Shown: positions 9,611 through 18,803, counted from the first letter of the stretch. The stretch: 64,000 nucleotides of DNA from an uncultured Solirubrobacteraceae bacterium (GCA_963813035.1 CAWEXJ010000002.1:2426756-2490755); one strand, 5' to 3'. Translations and numbers: made by a program. Notes: generated by a model not told the origin, from the sequence alone.

Positions 9611-10480
9611 GTGATCGGACCCTACGACGGAGGTCCGACCGGCATGCGCCGCCAATATGCAGTACCGCTCGCCTCGAGCGTCCTCGGCGGCGCCGTGGCG
9701 GCGCTCGTCCTTCTGGTCGCACACCCGTTCGACAGCAACGTCCACCGTCGCGTGCTCGTACCGGCCGGCGGCGGGCGGGCGTTCGCGTCGCTGAGCAGCG
9801 CGAGCGTTTCGGCGAGCACGATCTACAAATCGGCCGCCCCGGGAGTGGTCGCGATCCGCGCCACCTCCAAGGCCGCCGCGGCAGCCGGGTTCTTCGGCGG
9901 CATGGCCCAACAGGGAACCACGAAGATCGACACCGGAAGCGGCATCGTCCTGGACAGCGGCGGTGACATCCTCACCAACGATCACGTCGTCAGCGGCGCC
10001 GCAACGATCACCGTGTCCCTCGACGGCAGCAGCTCGCTGCAGCGCAAGGCGAGCGTTGTCGGCGAGGATCCGGCGCTCGACCTGGCGGTGCTGCACATCG
10101 AAAGCAGCGGCCTGACGCTGCGCCCACTGCAGCTGGCGGACTCCAATCGCGTTCAGGTCGGTGATCCCGCCTATGCGATCGGCAACCCCTTCGGCCTCGA
10201 TTGGACGCTGACCACCGGCGTGATCTCGGCACTGAACCGCCAGATCACATCCCCCAGCGGGGCCGCCATCCACCACGTACTCCAGACGGACGCCTCACTG
10301 AATCCAGGCAACTCGGGAGGCCCGCTGATCGACGCGGCCGGTGCGGTGATCGGGATCAACTCACAGATCGCATCCGCCGGCAGCAGCTCAACCGGCCAGT
10401 CCGGCTCAAATGGCGTCGGCTTCGCGATCTCCTCCGACACCGTCCGCGGCTACCTCGCAAAGCTCGGCCTGAACCTCTGA
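9611..10480 (+). CDS. trypsin-like serine protease, S1C (HtrA/PepD-like) without a PDZ domain
   Basis: Catalytic triad contexts TNDHVV, LDLAVL and GNSGGPLID, plus an N-terminal TM anchor. Alternative ATG start at 9644. Confidence 0.88.
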   Translation: MIGPYDGGPTGMRRQYAVPLASSVLGGAVAALVLLVAHPFDSNVHRRVLVPAGGGRAFASLSSASVSASTIYKSAAPGVVAIRATSKAAAAAGFFGGMAQQGTTKIDTGSGIVLDSGGDILTNDHVVSGAATITVSLDGSSSLQRKASVVGEDPALDLAVLHIESSGLTLRPLQLADSNRVQVGDPAYAIGNPFGLDWTLTTGVISALNRQITSPSGAAIHHVLQTDASLNPGNSGGPLIDAAGAVIGINSQIASAGSSSTGQSGSNGVGFAISSDTVRGYLAKLGLNL

Positions 10481-10528
10481 GCGGCCCCCCAGGTCCCACT
10501 CAGCAAGCTCACAGGCTCACCGAGTTGG

Positions 10529-11125
10529 ATGTTGACTATGAACTCGCTCGGATTCACCCCCCTCGCCACCGCCGTCGGCCCGCACCTGTTCTGGCTCACC
10601 AGCAGGGCCGCGGGGATCGCCGCACTGATCCTCTCGAGCGCCAGTGTCTGCATCGGCCTGCTGATGGGCCGGCGGTTGAAGGGGATCACCGGCCCGGACC
10701 TGCGCGTCACCCATGAGGCGCTCTCGCTTGCGACGCTGGCTGCGCTACTCGTCCACGGGCTTACGCTGATCGGTGACAGCTTCATGCACCCGAGCCTGCT
10801 CGCGGTCTCGCTGCCGTTCGTCAGCTCCTACAAGACGCTCTGGACCAGCACCGGGATCATCGCCTTCTGGGCCCTCGCGCTGCTCGGGCTCTCCTACTAC
10901 GCGCGACGCTTCATCGGCAACGGGCGCTGGCGCAAGCTTCACCGCTTCACCGCGCTCGCCTGGCTGCTCGGCATCGTCCACTCCCTCGGTGAGGGGACGG
11001 ACGCCGGGCAGACATGGTTCCTGGCAATGACAGCGATCGTCGTGGGTCCGCCGCTGATCCTGCTGGCCACGCGCTGGATCGGCAACGGCTCCGCTACCGG
11101 CGCCGCCGCCGGCGCCGGACGATGA
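10529..11125 (+). CDS. ferric reductase-like (MsrQ/YedZ-type) heme-b membrane protein
   Basis: About 6 TM segments with four His in TM contexts (THEAL, LVHGL, KLHRF, IVHSL), compatible with bis-heme ligation. Family call by eye. Confidence 0.6.
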   Translation: MLTMNSLGFTPLATAVGPHLFWLTSRAAGIAALILSSASVCIGLLMGRRLKGITGPDLRVTHEALSLATLAALLVHGLTLIGDSFMHPSLLAVSLPFVSSYKTLWTSTGIIAFWALALLGLSYYARRFIGNGRWRKLHRFTALAWLLGIVHSLGEGTDAGQTWFLAMTAIVVGPPLILLATRWIGNGSATGAAAGAGR

Positions 11126-11219
11126 CCCTCAGCAGCTTCCCAGCCAGCCCTCGCCCCGCGGCCAGCACAGCGCCCGAGACTGGCCCTGCCAACCCAATCC
11201 AAGCCCGATCGGAGTGAAG

Positions 11220-11705
11220 ATGCAGAGTGACCACGAGATTCCGTCCCGCCCCTCACGCAGCGACGACAGAGCGCGCGCGGGCAAGGCGCTGGCCCGCCAC
11301 AAGCGCGAGCTGATGCGTCGCCGCGCCCGCCGCATCAGGCGCACCATCGCGACGCTCGCCACGGCCCTGTTCGTCGCCGCCTTTCTCGCGGTATACGTCC
11401 AGCTGGCCTCCGGCCACGACCCCGCGCTGACCGCGGCAGCCAAGCGCTCAAGTGCATCGACATCGGCAACCACGGCTTCAAGCTCCACGGGATCGGCCAC
11501 GACGACCGGCTCGAACGACTCCAGGAGCTCGAGCTCGGCCGAAAGCAGCTCGACCGGCTCAGGCGCAGAAGAAAGCAGCGGCGAATCCAGCGGCTCGGGA
11601 GAAGAAAGCAGCAGCTCGGGAGAAGAAAGCTCCAGCTCGAGTGAAGAATCGACCGGCGCATCGGAATCGAGCTCGGCTTCCTCCGTCACCACCTCCCAGT
11701 CATGA
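11220..11705 (+). CDS. membrane-anchored Ser/Glu-rich low-complexity protein
   Basis: Arg-rich N-terminus, one TM (TIATLATALFVAAFLAVYVQL), then ~100 aa of Ser/Thr/Gly/Glu low complexity. ATG 11220 lies 5 nt after GGAG (the ORF track uses GTG 11214). The stop overlaps the ApbE start (ATGA). Confidence 0.55.
   Translation: MQSDHEIPSRPSRSDDRARAGKALARHKRELMRRRARRIRRTIATLATALFVAAFLAVYVQLASGHDPALTAAAKRSSASTSATTASSSTGSATTTGSNDSRSSSSAESSSTGSGAEESSGESSGSGEESSSSGEESSSSSEESTGASESSSASSVTTSQS
11593..11634 (+). repeat. 21-nt-period direct repeat inside the Ser-rich gene
   Basis: GCTCGGGAGAAGAAAGC occurs at 11593-11609 and again at 11614-11630, encoding SGEESSS twice. Confidence 0.85.
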
Positions 11706-12688
11706 ACGCCGAGGCGATCGAGCGGTTTGACTGCTTCGGCACGACCTGCACGGTCCTGGTGGCCGGCGGGGGGCCGGCCGGCACCGCCGAACAGGCCGCG
11801 GCGCTTGCCCGCCGGCGGCTGCTGGAGTGGCACGGGGAGTTCTCACGCTTCATCGCAACCAGCGAGCTCTCGCGCGTCAACCGCGACCCGCGCGAAACCT
11901 TGGAGGTCAGCCCGCTGATGGCACGGCTGGCCCGTTCCGTCACCGAGGCGGGGAGACTGACCGGCGGGCTTGTTGACGGGACGCTGCTCGAGCAGATCGA
12001 GGCGGCGGGCTACGTGGGGGACCTCCCGGTCTCGCTGACGCCACAGCGGGCCCTGGCCCTCGCGCCGCCCCGCCACCCTGCGCGAGCGGCCCTGTCAGCC
12101 CGCTGGCGCGATCTCGAGGTCGATCCCCTCGCCGGGACTCTGAGGCGCGCACCGGGCACGATGCTCGACAGCGGTGGCCTTGCCAAGGGCATGTTCGCCG
12201 ACGTCCTCGGCGAGCTGCTTGGCGGGCACTCGGCCTATGTCGTCAATTGTGGCGGCGATCTCCTGCTCGGCGGCACGGGCGCCGTCGACCGCGCGATCGA
12301 GGTGGAGAGCCCCTTCGACGGCAGCATCCTGCATGTCTTCCACGAGCGCGGGGCCGGGGTGGCCACGAGCGGCATCGGCCGGCGCAGCTGGATCGGACCC
12401 GACGGACTTCCGGCCCACCATCTGCTCGACCCCTCGAGCGGGCGCCCGGCGTTCACGGGGATCGTCCAGGTCACCGCCCTGGCGCCAACGGCCCTGCTGG
12501 CTGAGATCCGCGCCAAGGCGGCGGTCCTCGCCGGCCCCCGAACGGCCCGGCGCTGGCTGCCACAGGGTGGCGTGATCGTGTACGACGACGGCTCACACGC
12601 CGTCATCGACCGTGCGCCGGTCGTTCGGGTGAGCCGCGACGCCCGCGGGCGCCCCACGCTCAGCGGGCGGGTGCTGCAGCACGCCTGA
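11702..12688 (+). CDS. apbE: FAD:protein FMN transferase (ApbE family)
   Basis: SGGLAKGMFAD and VATSG motifs; 328 aa. No recognizable signal peptide or lipobox. Confidence 0.8.
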   Translation: MNAEAIERFDCFGTTCTVLVAGGGPAGTAEQAAALARRRLLEWHGEFSRFIATSELSRVNRDPRETLEVSPLMARLARSVTEAGRLTGGLVDGTLLEQIEAAGYVGDLPVSLTPQRALALAPPRHPARAALSARWRDLEVDPLAGTLRRAPGTMLDSGGLAKGMFADVLGELLGGHSAYVVNCGGDLLLGGTGAVDRAIEVESPFDGSILHVFHERGAGVATSGIGRRSWIGPDGLPAHHLLDPSSGRPAFTGIVQVTALAPTALLAEIRAKAAVLAGPRTARRWLPQGGVIVYDDGSHAVIDRAPVVRVSRDARGRPTLSGRVLQHA

Positions 12689-12699
12689 GGGACCCGGCC

Positions 12700-14760
12700 C
12701 TATGGACCGGGTGCGACCCCGGGTGATCGCTGCCAGCCCCCGCTCGCTTCGTGGAATCCACCAGCAAACGGCGCCGGGGCCACGGCGAGCCCGCAAAGCT
12801 TGGCCGGCCTCTCTATCAGCTCCTTCGCGGGCAGCGGGGTGCAGAACAGGAAGCCCTGGCCTATCTCGCAGCCCGCGCGGCGGAGAAACTCGAGCTCCGG
12901 CTCGGTTTCGATGCCCTCGGCCACGACACGCAGGCCGAGGTTCGCCGCCAGGTCGATGGCGGCACTGACGATCGCCTGAGAGCGCGGGTTGGTGGCGATG
13001 CCCGAGACGAAGGACCGGTCGATCTTCAGCTCGGTGGCCGGCAGCTTGGCGAGATAGGCGATCGATGCGTTGCCGGTACCGAAGTCGTCGATCGAGACTC
13101 CCAGCCCCAGCGCGCGCAGGTCCTCGAGCACACTGACGGCACGATCGGCGTCGGCCATCGCAGCGGTCTCGGTGACCTCGGCGAGCAGGCGATCGCCCGT
13201 GATCTCGTGCTTGGCGAGGATTTCGGCGATCCGCCCGGAGAGGTCGGGATCGAGCAGGTTGCGGGCCGAGAGGTTGACCGACACCTCGATGTCGATGCCG
13301 CGCCGCTGCCATGCCGCTGCCTGTTCCACGGCCTGATCGATCAGGCCCAGCGTCAGCGGCCCGATCAGAGCCGTCTGCTCGAGGAATGGGACGAACCGGC
13401 CCGGTGCAAGCAGGCCAAGCTCTGGGTGCTCCCACCTGACGAGCGCCTCGACACCCAGGACCCTGCGGTCGCCGAGGGCCACCTTGGGTTGGTAGTGGAG
13501 GGTGAACTGTCCCTTCGACAACGCGCCCCGGACCTGGCCGAGCAGCCTCAGTCGAGCCGGGTCCGAGCGCTCGAACTCGGGAGAGTAGACCTCGACGCGG
13601 CTACCTCGCGAGCGTGCCTGGGCAAGCGCCAGGTCGGCACGCTGAAGCAGCACCCCCGGGTCCTCGGCGTGCTCGCCGAGGACTGCGATGCCGATGCTTG
13701 CCCCCACATCGAGCTCAACGCCCTCCACGGCGATGGGGCGTTCCAAGCTGGCGTGGACGGCGTCCGCGCTTTCGAGTGCCTCATCCGTGCCGGCGACGTT
13801 TCCCAGCAGCAGCGCGTACTCGTCGCCGCCGACGCGGGCCACCGTGGAACCCCCTGCGGCGGCCTCGAAGCGGCGTGCCGCCTCGCGCAGGATCTCATCG
13901 CCGTTCTCCGCCCCGAGCGTGTTGTTTACCGCAGTGAACCGTTCGATGTCAATCAGCAGCACCGCCGGGCGCCCGTCTCCTGGCCGGGTTGCTGCGCGGA
14001 CCAGCTCTTCAGCGAACAGGTTTCGGTTTGGCAGACCCGTCAGCGTGTCGTAATGCGCAAGGCGGTAGTTCTCGCGCGCGTGGCGGCGCAGCCGCGCGGA
14101 CGCACGGGCGACGATGCGATAGAGGATCGCCCAGAGGAGTGCCAGGCCCACCGCGAGCAGCAGCGCGATTGTGCGCTTGTCGCTCGCGATCTTCGCAGCC
14201 AGCGGCTTGTAGCTCAGGTAGATCTCAAACGCCCCCGCGGGCGGACCACCGGCGCTGAAGCGCAACGGCACATAGACCTCGATCAGCTCACCCAGCCCGA
14301 CCTCGCTGGCCGTCTCGCTGTGCAGGCTCGGATTGACAAGGACGGCGGGCTCCGGATGCCCGTCAAGCGCGGCCTCGAGGTCATCGCTCGGCGCGAGCTT
14401 CCTGCCGATCAGAGTGTGGTCCTCGGAGTAGATGACCTGATCGGCCGCGTTCCAGACCTTGATCCGGGCCAGATCGCCGCCAACCTGCGGGCCTCCAAGG
14501 AGACGATCGAGCGTCGCGACCTCGGCGGTCGAAAGACCGCGCCGCATGTTCTCCGCGCTGAGGCGCGGCTGGACGCCCAGGTGGGCGATGATCTCTGCCG
14601 ATCGCGTCGAGTCGGCGAGCGCCCGGTCGACCACCTGGCTCTGCAGCACGCGGGTTAGCACCAAGCCGAGCACGAGCATCGGCAGCAGGCTGAGCAGAGC
14701 CACCTGGCGGTTCAGGCTGAGATGCCCAAGCAGGCTTCGCGCGCGCCGTGGCAGGTCCAT
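12700..14760 (-). CDS. membrane sensor diguanylate cyclase/phosphodiesterase (GGDEF-EAL)
   Basis: Two TM segments flank a ~190-aa periplasmic region. GGDEF-type domain with RVGGDEYALLL. EAL domain with GVEALVRW, DDFGTGNAS, LKIDRSF and EGIETE. ATG 14760 chosen; the ORF-track start at 14922 would overlap dtd. Confidence 0.9.
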   Translation of the reverse strand: MDLPRRARSLLGHLSLNRQVALLSLLPMLVLGLVLTRVLQSQVVDRALADSTRSAEIIAHLGVQPRLSAENMRRGLSTAEVATLDRLLGGPQVGGDLARIKVWNAADQVIYSEDHTLIGRKLAPSDDLEAALDGHPEPAVLVNPSLHSETASEVGLGELIEVYVPLRFSAGGPPAGAFEIYLSYKPLAAKIASDKRTIALLLAVGLALLWAILYRIVARASARLRRHARENYRLAHYDTLTGLPNRNLFAEELVRAATRPGDGRPAVLLIDIERFTAVNNTLGAENGDEILREAARRFEAAAGGSTVARVGGDEYALLLGNVAGTDEALESADAVHASLERPIAVEGVELDVGASIGIAVLGEHAEDPGVLLQRADLALAQARSRGSRVEVYSPEFERSDPARLRLLGQVRGALSKGQFTLHYQPKVALGDRRVLGVEALVRWEHPELGLLAPGRFVPFLEQTALIGPLTLGLIDQAVEQAAAWQRRGIDIEVSVNLSARNLLDPDLSGRIAEILAKHEITGDRLLAEVTETAAMADADRAVSVLEDLRALGLGVSIDDFGTGNASIAYLAKLPATELKIDRSFVSGIATNPRSQAIVSAAIDLAANLGLRVVAEGIETEPELEFLRRAGCEIGQGFLFCTPLPAKELIERPAKLCGLAVAPAPFAGGFHEASGGWQRSPGVAPGP

Positions 14761-14860
14761 CCTGACCTGTCGGCATCCCGGGTGCCCCGCTGGAGCGCTG
14801 AAACGCCACTTTTGGGAAGCCGCCCTCGCCGCCGAGAGGCTCCTCGGCGATACTCGCCCG

Positions 14861-15277
14861 ATGCGTGCGCTGGTGCAACGGGTGAGCAGGGCCTCGGTGA
14901 GCGTGGACGGGCAGCTCGTCAACGCGATCGGGCCGGGCCTGCTGGTGCTGTTGGGGATATCGCGCGAGGATGGCGGGCGGCAGGCCGAGCGGCTCGCGGC
15001 GAAGACCCGGGCGCTGCGGGTCTTCGCCGATCCGCAGGGCCAGATGAACGAGCCGCTGGGTGAGCGCGAGATCCTCTGCGTCAGTCAGTTCACGCTCTAC
15101 GGCGACGCGCGCCGCGGCAACCGGCCAAGCTTCATCGAGGCGGCACGCCCCGAGCAGGCGGAGCCGCTGTACGAGCTCTTCTGCGAGCGCGCCGGCGCGC
15201 TGCGCGGCGTCTTCGGCGCCCACATGGTGTTGGAGCTGATCAACGATGGGCCGGTGACGCTGATCCTGGAGGCCTGA
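14861..15277 (+). CDS. dtd: D-aminoacyl-tRNA deacylase
   Basis: MRALVQRVSRASVSV..., SQFTLYGD and GPVTLILE are typical Dtd signatures. Confidence 0.92.
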   Translation: MRALVQRVSRASVSVDGQLVNAIGPGLLVLLGISREDGGRQAERLAAKTRALRVFADPQGQMNEPLGEREILCVSQFTLYGDARRGNRPSFIEAARPEQAEPLYELFCERAGALRGVFGAHMVLELINDGPVTLILEA

Positions 15278-15283
15278 GCGCCG

Positions 15284-15637
15284 TCAGCCGGGGCCTGTTC
15301 GCCCGGCCCAGCGCTCGGCCCAGTCGTTCAGGCCGGAAAGCGGCTCGAGCAACCGGACCCCTTCGCCGCTGAGGCGGTAGCCGCCCCCGTCGTGTTCGAG
15401 CACCTCGGCGGACAGCAGCTCGGCAAGGCGCTGGTTCAGGACGCTGGAGGACATCCCGTCACAGCGCCCCTGCAGCGCACGAAATCCGAGCGGCCCCTCG
15501 CGCAGCTCCCAGAGGATCCGCAGCGCCCAGCGACGCCCCAGCAGGTCGAGCAGAGCCATCACCGGGCGACCGCTCTGCGAACCCCGGACCGGCCGCCCCG
15601 GCCGCGGCGCGGCCGGCGGGCGCTCCCCGGCGCTCAA
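15284..15637 (-). CDS. HxlR-family transcriptional regulator
   Basis: LDLLGRRWALRILWELREGPLGFRALQ and SSSVLNQRLAEL wHTH signature. Alternative ATG start at 15559. Confidence 0.85.
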   Translation of the reverse strand: MSAGERPPAAPRPGRPVRGSQSGRPVMALLDLLGRRWALRILWELREGPLGFRALQGRCDGMSSSVLNQRLAELLSAEVLEHDGGGYRLSGEGVRLLEPLSGLNDWAERWAGRTGPG

Positions 15638-15700
15638 CGCACACCTTCCGTTGCGCTTCGGAAAAGAAAGCGATATGTTCGCCGCTGTGAAAATCGAAGC

Positions 15701-16297
15701 ATGACCGATGGGAGTCTAATGAACACCCCGCCCTCAGCGCCGCGTCTTGCACCCCTGACAGCGCCCTACACACCCGAGGTGGAGGAGCAGCTGACCCGGT
15801 GGATGCCACCGGGCGCCGCGATCGAGCCGCTGGCCCTGTTCAGGACGCTGATGCTCCACGAGCGCCTGGGGGCCCGCATGCGTCCCCTGGGCGCGGCCAT
15901 ACTCGGCTCCGGAGCGACCGTTGCCCCGCGGCTGCGCGAGGTGATGATCGAGCGCACGTGCGCCCTGACCGGCGCCCAGTACGAGTGGGGCGTCCACGCG
16001 GCCGCCTTCGGGCCCGCTGTGGGCCTGACGGACGAGCAGCTGCGCTCGACGGTTCATGGAGCTCCATCGGATAACTGCTGGGAGGCGGCCGAGTCGATTG
16101 TCATGCAGCTGGCCGACGAGCTGCACGCGAGCAGCGAGATCTCCGAGGCCCTCTGGCAGAGGCTAAGGGAGCTGCTCGACGACGAGCAGATCATCGAGCT
16201 GATCGTGACGGCCGGCTGGTATCACGCGATCGCCTACCTGTGCAACGGACTTGGACTCGAGCTCGAGTCATGGGCGCTGCGCTTCCCGGAGGCTTGA
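15701..16297 (+). CDS. carboxymuconolactone decarboxylase (AhpD-like) family protein
   Basis: Helical CMD-like sequence (RTCALTGAQYEWGVHAA). Divergent from the HxlR gene, a common pairing. Confidence 0.7.
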   Translation: MTDGSLMNTPPSAPRLAPLTAPYTPEVEEQLTRWMPPGAAIEPLALFRTLMLHERLGARMRPLGAAILGSGATVAPRLREVMIERTCALTGAQYEWGVHAAAFGPAVGLTDEQLRSTVHGAPSDNCWEAAESIVMQLADELHASSEISEALWQRLRELLDDEQIIELIVTAGWYHAIAYLCNGLGLELESWALRFPEA

Positions 16298-16305
16298 CGA
16301 GCCGC

Positions 16306-18393
16306 TCAGGGGGCAGGCATCGTGCCACTCACGGCCGCGCCTTCGACCGTGCCGGTCAAGCGGGCCAGGGCCCCGGTGCCGGAGGTCGTCCAGCTCGCAT
16401 GAAGCGATGAGCGGCGCAGGCCCGGGGCCACCGCGGTGAGCTGCGCGAGGACCGCCTCGCCGTCTTCTGGATCCGGCGCCGGCGTGAGCGTGACCGTGCC
16501 GCTCACGCGGACGCCCGCGATCAGCTGATCGCGCACCAGCGTCAGCCGCCCGCCCCCGTGAGAGGCAGTGACGGTGCCGCCCTGCAGACCGACGTCGCTC
16601 TCCACTTCGAGCGCCTCATCACGGGCCACCGCGTCGCCTGCCGTCGCTACAGCGGCGGCCGCCAGACGCAGGTCTTCGGGGCTCGCTTCGATCCCCGGGG
16701 CTGGGCTGAGGGGCGCCTCGCCCGAGAGCCCTGCGGGGTATAGGCCGACCGTGTGCACGGCCGGAACCGAAGCTGCGCACGACGCGTCCATGCTCTGCAC
16801 GGCCGCGGGATCTCCCACGAACTCCTGGACGATCGTGGCGCCGCAGACCGTGTCCCCCTCCCCCACCACGTGGGTTGAGTTGGCGAGCTCGACGAAGCGC
16901 GCGTTGCCACCGATCTCGGCCAGCACCTTGGGAGCGTCCACAGGCGGCGTCCAGGTGTCCAGTTCACCGCCCAGCACGAGCACCGGAAGCGACGCCGGCA
17001 GCGGCATGCCGCCGTCGATTGGAGGTTCGGCGATCGTCGGCTTGGGCCAGCCCAGGCAGGCGGTCAGAGCCTCGGTGTTCTGGTCCATCGAGAGCCACTC
17101 GGCGACCGTGAAGGGAGCGAAGGTCGTGGCCCCCACGGACTGCTCGGCGCTCAGAAGTTCGGCTTCGCGCACCGACTGCGATGAGCCGAGGCTGAACAGC
17201 TGCGGGTAATCCAGGCACGAATCGGCGAAGTAGAGCGCGACCGAGTATTCGCTGAGCGGTTCGCCGAAGTAGGCCTCGTCGATCGCCAGGCGCTGGGCGT
17301 AGAGGCGCAGCAGGGGCGCCGCGTCGCCTTCGTCCAGGTATGCGCGGGCGGCCGCGTCCAGCCCACGGTAGATCGCCGTGTCCTCGGCGCCGTCGCTGAG
17401 CAGGTCGAGCAGCCCGACGACGTTCATCGAGACCGTTTCGCGCCGCCCCGTGGGTCCCGGCACGCGCCCGGAGATCGGTTTCTGGCGCAGGTTCGCGGCG
17501 AGCGCCCCGATCCTCGCCCATGAGGCGCCGGGCGCCGCGGCGGCGGAACAGGCCGCAGAGCGTTCACAGGCGGCGTTGAAGTCGCCCGGCATCGACTCGA
17601 TCGAGCTTCGATACCACGGGTCGAGGCCGGTCGTCTCATAGGTCGAGTCGAGCGTGACGCTGCGCACCAGCTGCGGGAAGCGCGAGGCGAACACCTGGGC
17701 GAAGAACGAGCCGTAGGAGTCGCCGTAGAGGTCGACCTTGCCGAGCCCCAGGGCATGGATCAGTCCCGCCAGGTCCTCCGCCGCCGGCGCCGAGTTGAAC
17801 AGGTCCGAGGCATGGACCCGGCTGCCGTTGGGATAGCGCCAGCGGTCGTTGAGCGACTGCGCGCACGTGGCCACCGCCTGTTGGAAGGCGCTCGTGCCGG
17901 TGGGCCCTGAGAATTCCTGCAGCGCGGGACAGTCGAGCGGCTCGGAGTGCCCGGTGCCACGGTTGTCCACGGCCAGCAGGTTGCGTCGGCCCAGCAGCGG
18001 CCCGTACATCGTGCGGTAGCCGGCCGTCACGCCCCCGCCGCCCGCGTATTCGACCGACCCCGTCGAGCCGTAGCCGGGTCCGCCCTCGACGGGCACGACG
18101 GTGCCCTTGGCTTCGGGGGCCGGGACTTCGGAGGCCGGATACCAGGAGTAGTGCAGTCTGATCGAAGGACCCCCCGGCGAGGAGTAGTCGAGCGGAACCG
18201 TGAACCTGCCGCAGTAGGCCACCGGCGTCTTTGAGCACAGCACGAGCTTCTGGGTGCCGAGGGTGAGGTGCTTCGGTGCGGCCATCGCGAGCGCGGGCGT
18301 CAGACAGCAGGCCAGCGTCGCCAGGGCGCCGCAGAGGAGTCGGCTGCCGAGCGTCCATGGTCCACTCACTCGCCCTCGGCCTGCACCATCCAT
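16306..18393 (-). CDS. secreted alpha/beta hydrolase, S33 tripeptidyl-aminopeptidase-like, with C-terminal extension
   Basis: Signal peptide ending ALAMAAP, nucleophile elbow GDSYGS, TAP-like C-terminal segment (VLGGELDTWTP...STHV), plus ~150 extra C-terminal residues. Confidence 0.8.
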   Translation of the reverse strand: MDGAGRGRVSGPWTLGSRLLCGALATLACCLTPALAMAAPKHLTLGTQKLVLCSKTPVAYCGRFTVPLDYSSPGGPSIRLHYSWYPASEVPAPEAKGTVVPVEGGPGYGSTGSVEYAGGGGVTAGYRTMYGPLLGRRNLLAVDNRGTGHSEPLDCPALQEFSGPTGTSAFQQAVATCAQSLNDRWRYPNGSRVHASDLFNSAPAAEDLAGLIHALGLGKVDLYGDSYGSFFAQVFASRFPQLVRSVTLDSTYETTGLDPWYRSSIESMPGDFNAACERSAACSAAAAPGASWARIGALAANLRQKPISGRVPGPTGRRETVSMNVVGLLDLLSDGAEDTAIYRGLDAAARAYLDEGDAAPLLRLYAQRLAIDEAYFGEPLSEYSVALYFADSCLDYPQLFSLGSSQSVREAELLSAEQSVGATTFAPFTVAEWLSMDQNTEALTACLGWPKPTIAEPPIDGGMPLPASLPVLVLGGELDTWTPPVDAPKVLAEIGGNARFVELANSTHVVGEGDTVCGATIVQEFVGDPAAVQSMDASCAASVPAVHTVGLYPAGLSGEAPLSPAPGIEASPEDLRLAAAAVATAGDAVARDEALEVESDVGLQGGTVTASHGGGRLTLVRDQLIAGVRVSGTVTLTPAPDPEDGEAVLAQLTAVAPGLRRSSLHASWTTSGTGALARLTGTVEGAAVSGTMPAP

Positions 18394-18437
18394 AAGGCAC
18401 GCTCCCGGTCGGCTTGTCCGGCGATGTTATCGGCGGC

Positions 18438-18803
18438 TCAAACGGCACCGATCTGCCGGCCCAGCCAGGCGGCCGCGAGCCCCAGCAGCAAGCTCAGAAT
18501 GATGTTGGCGGCCATCGCGCCCCCGAGGCCCCGCTCCCCGTCGTTCTCGGCCTCCAGCATCCAGGTGGAGAAGGTCGTGTAGGAGCCGATCGCGGCAGTG
18601 CCCGCGAGCAGATAGGCGTTCGCGCTCAGCGACATGCCGGCGAGGACGCCGAGCACGACGGTCCCCGAGAGGTTGACGGCCAGCGTGCCGAATGTCAGGC
18701 GACCGCCGGTTGCGCCCGCCACCGCCCGGGTCAGCAGAAAGCGGGCGATCGAGCCGAGCCCGCCGAGGACCCCGACGGCCAGCCACAGGCCGGCGAAGCT
18801 CAC
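18438..18803 (-). CDS. crcB: fluoride ion channel CrcB/Fluc (second copy)
   Basis: LGGLGSIARF, GTLAVNLSG and SYTTFSTW motifs. GTG start at 18803 overlaps the upstream crcB stop (GTGA). The ORF-track extension to 19094 is rejected. Confidence 0.88.
   Translation of the reverse strand: MSFAGLWLAVGVLGGLGSIARFLLTRAVAGATGGRLTFGTLAVNLSGTVVLGVLAGMSLSANAYLLAGTAAIGSYTTFSTWMLEAENDGERGLGGAMAANIILSLLLGLAAAWLGRQIGAV

Noticed and set aside
11452-11730. Lys/Ala-rich 92-aa ORF (AQKKAAANPAAREKKAAAREKKAP...) resembling histone-like tails, in the +1 frame of the Ser-rich gene.
   Set aside because: It has no N-terminal domain, SD or TM. The frame containing the basic N-terminus and TM segment, with ATGA coupling to apbE, is the more coherent gene.
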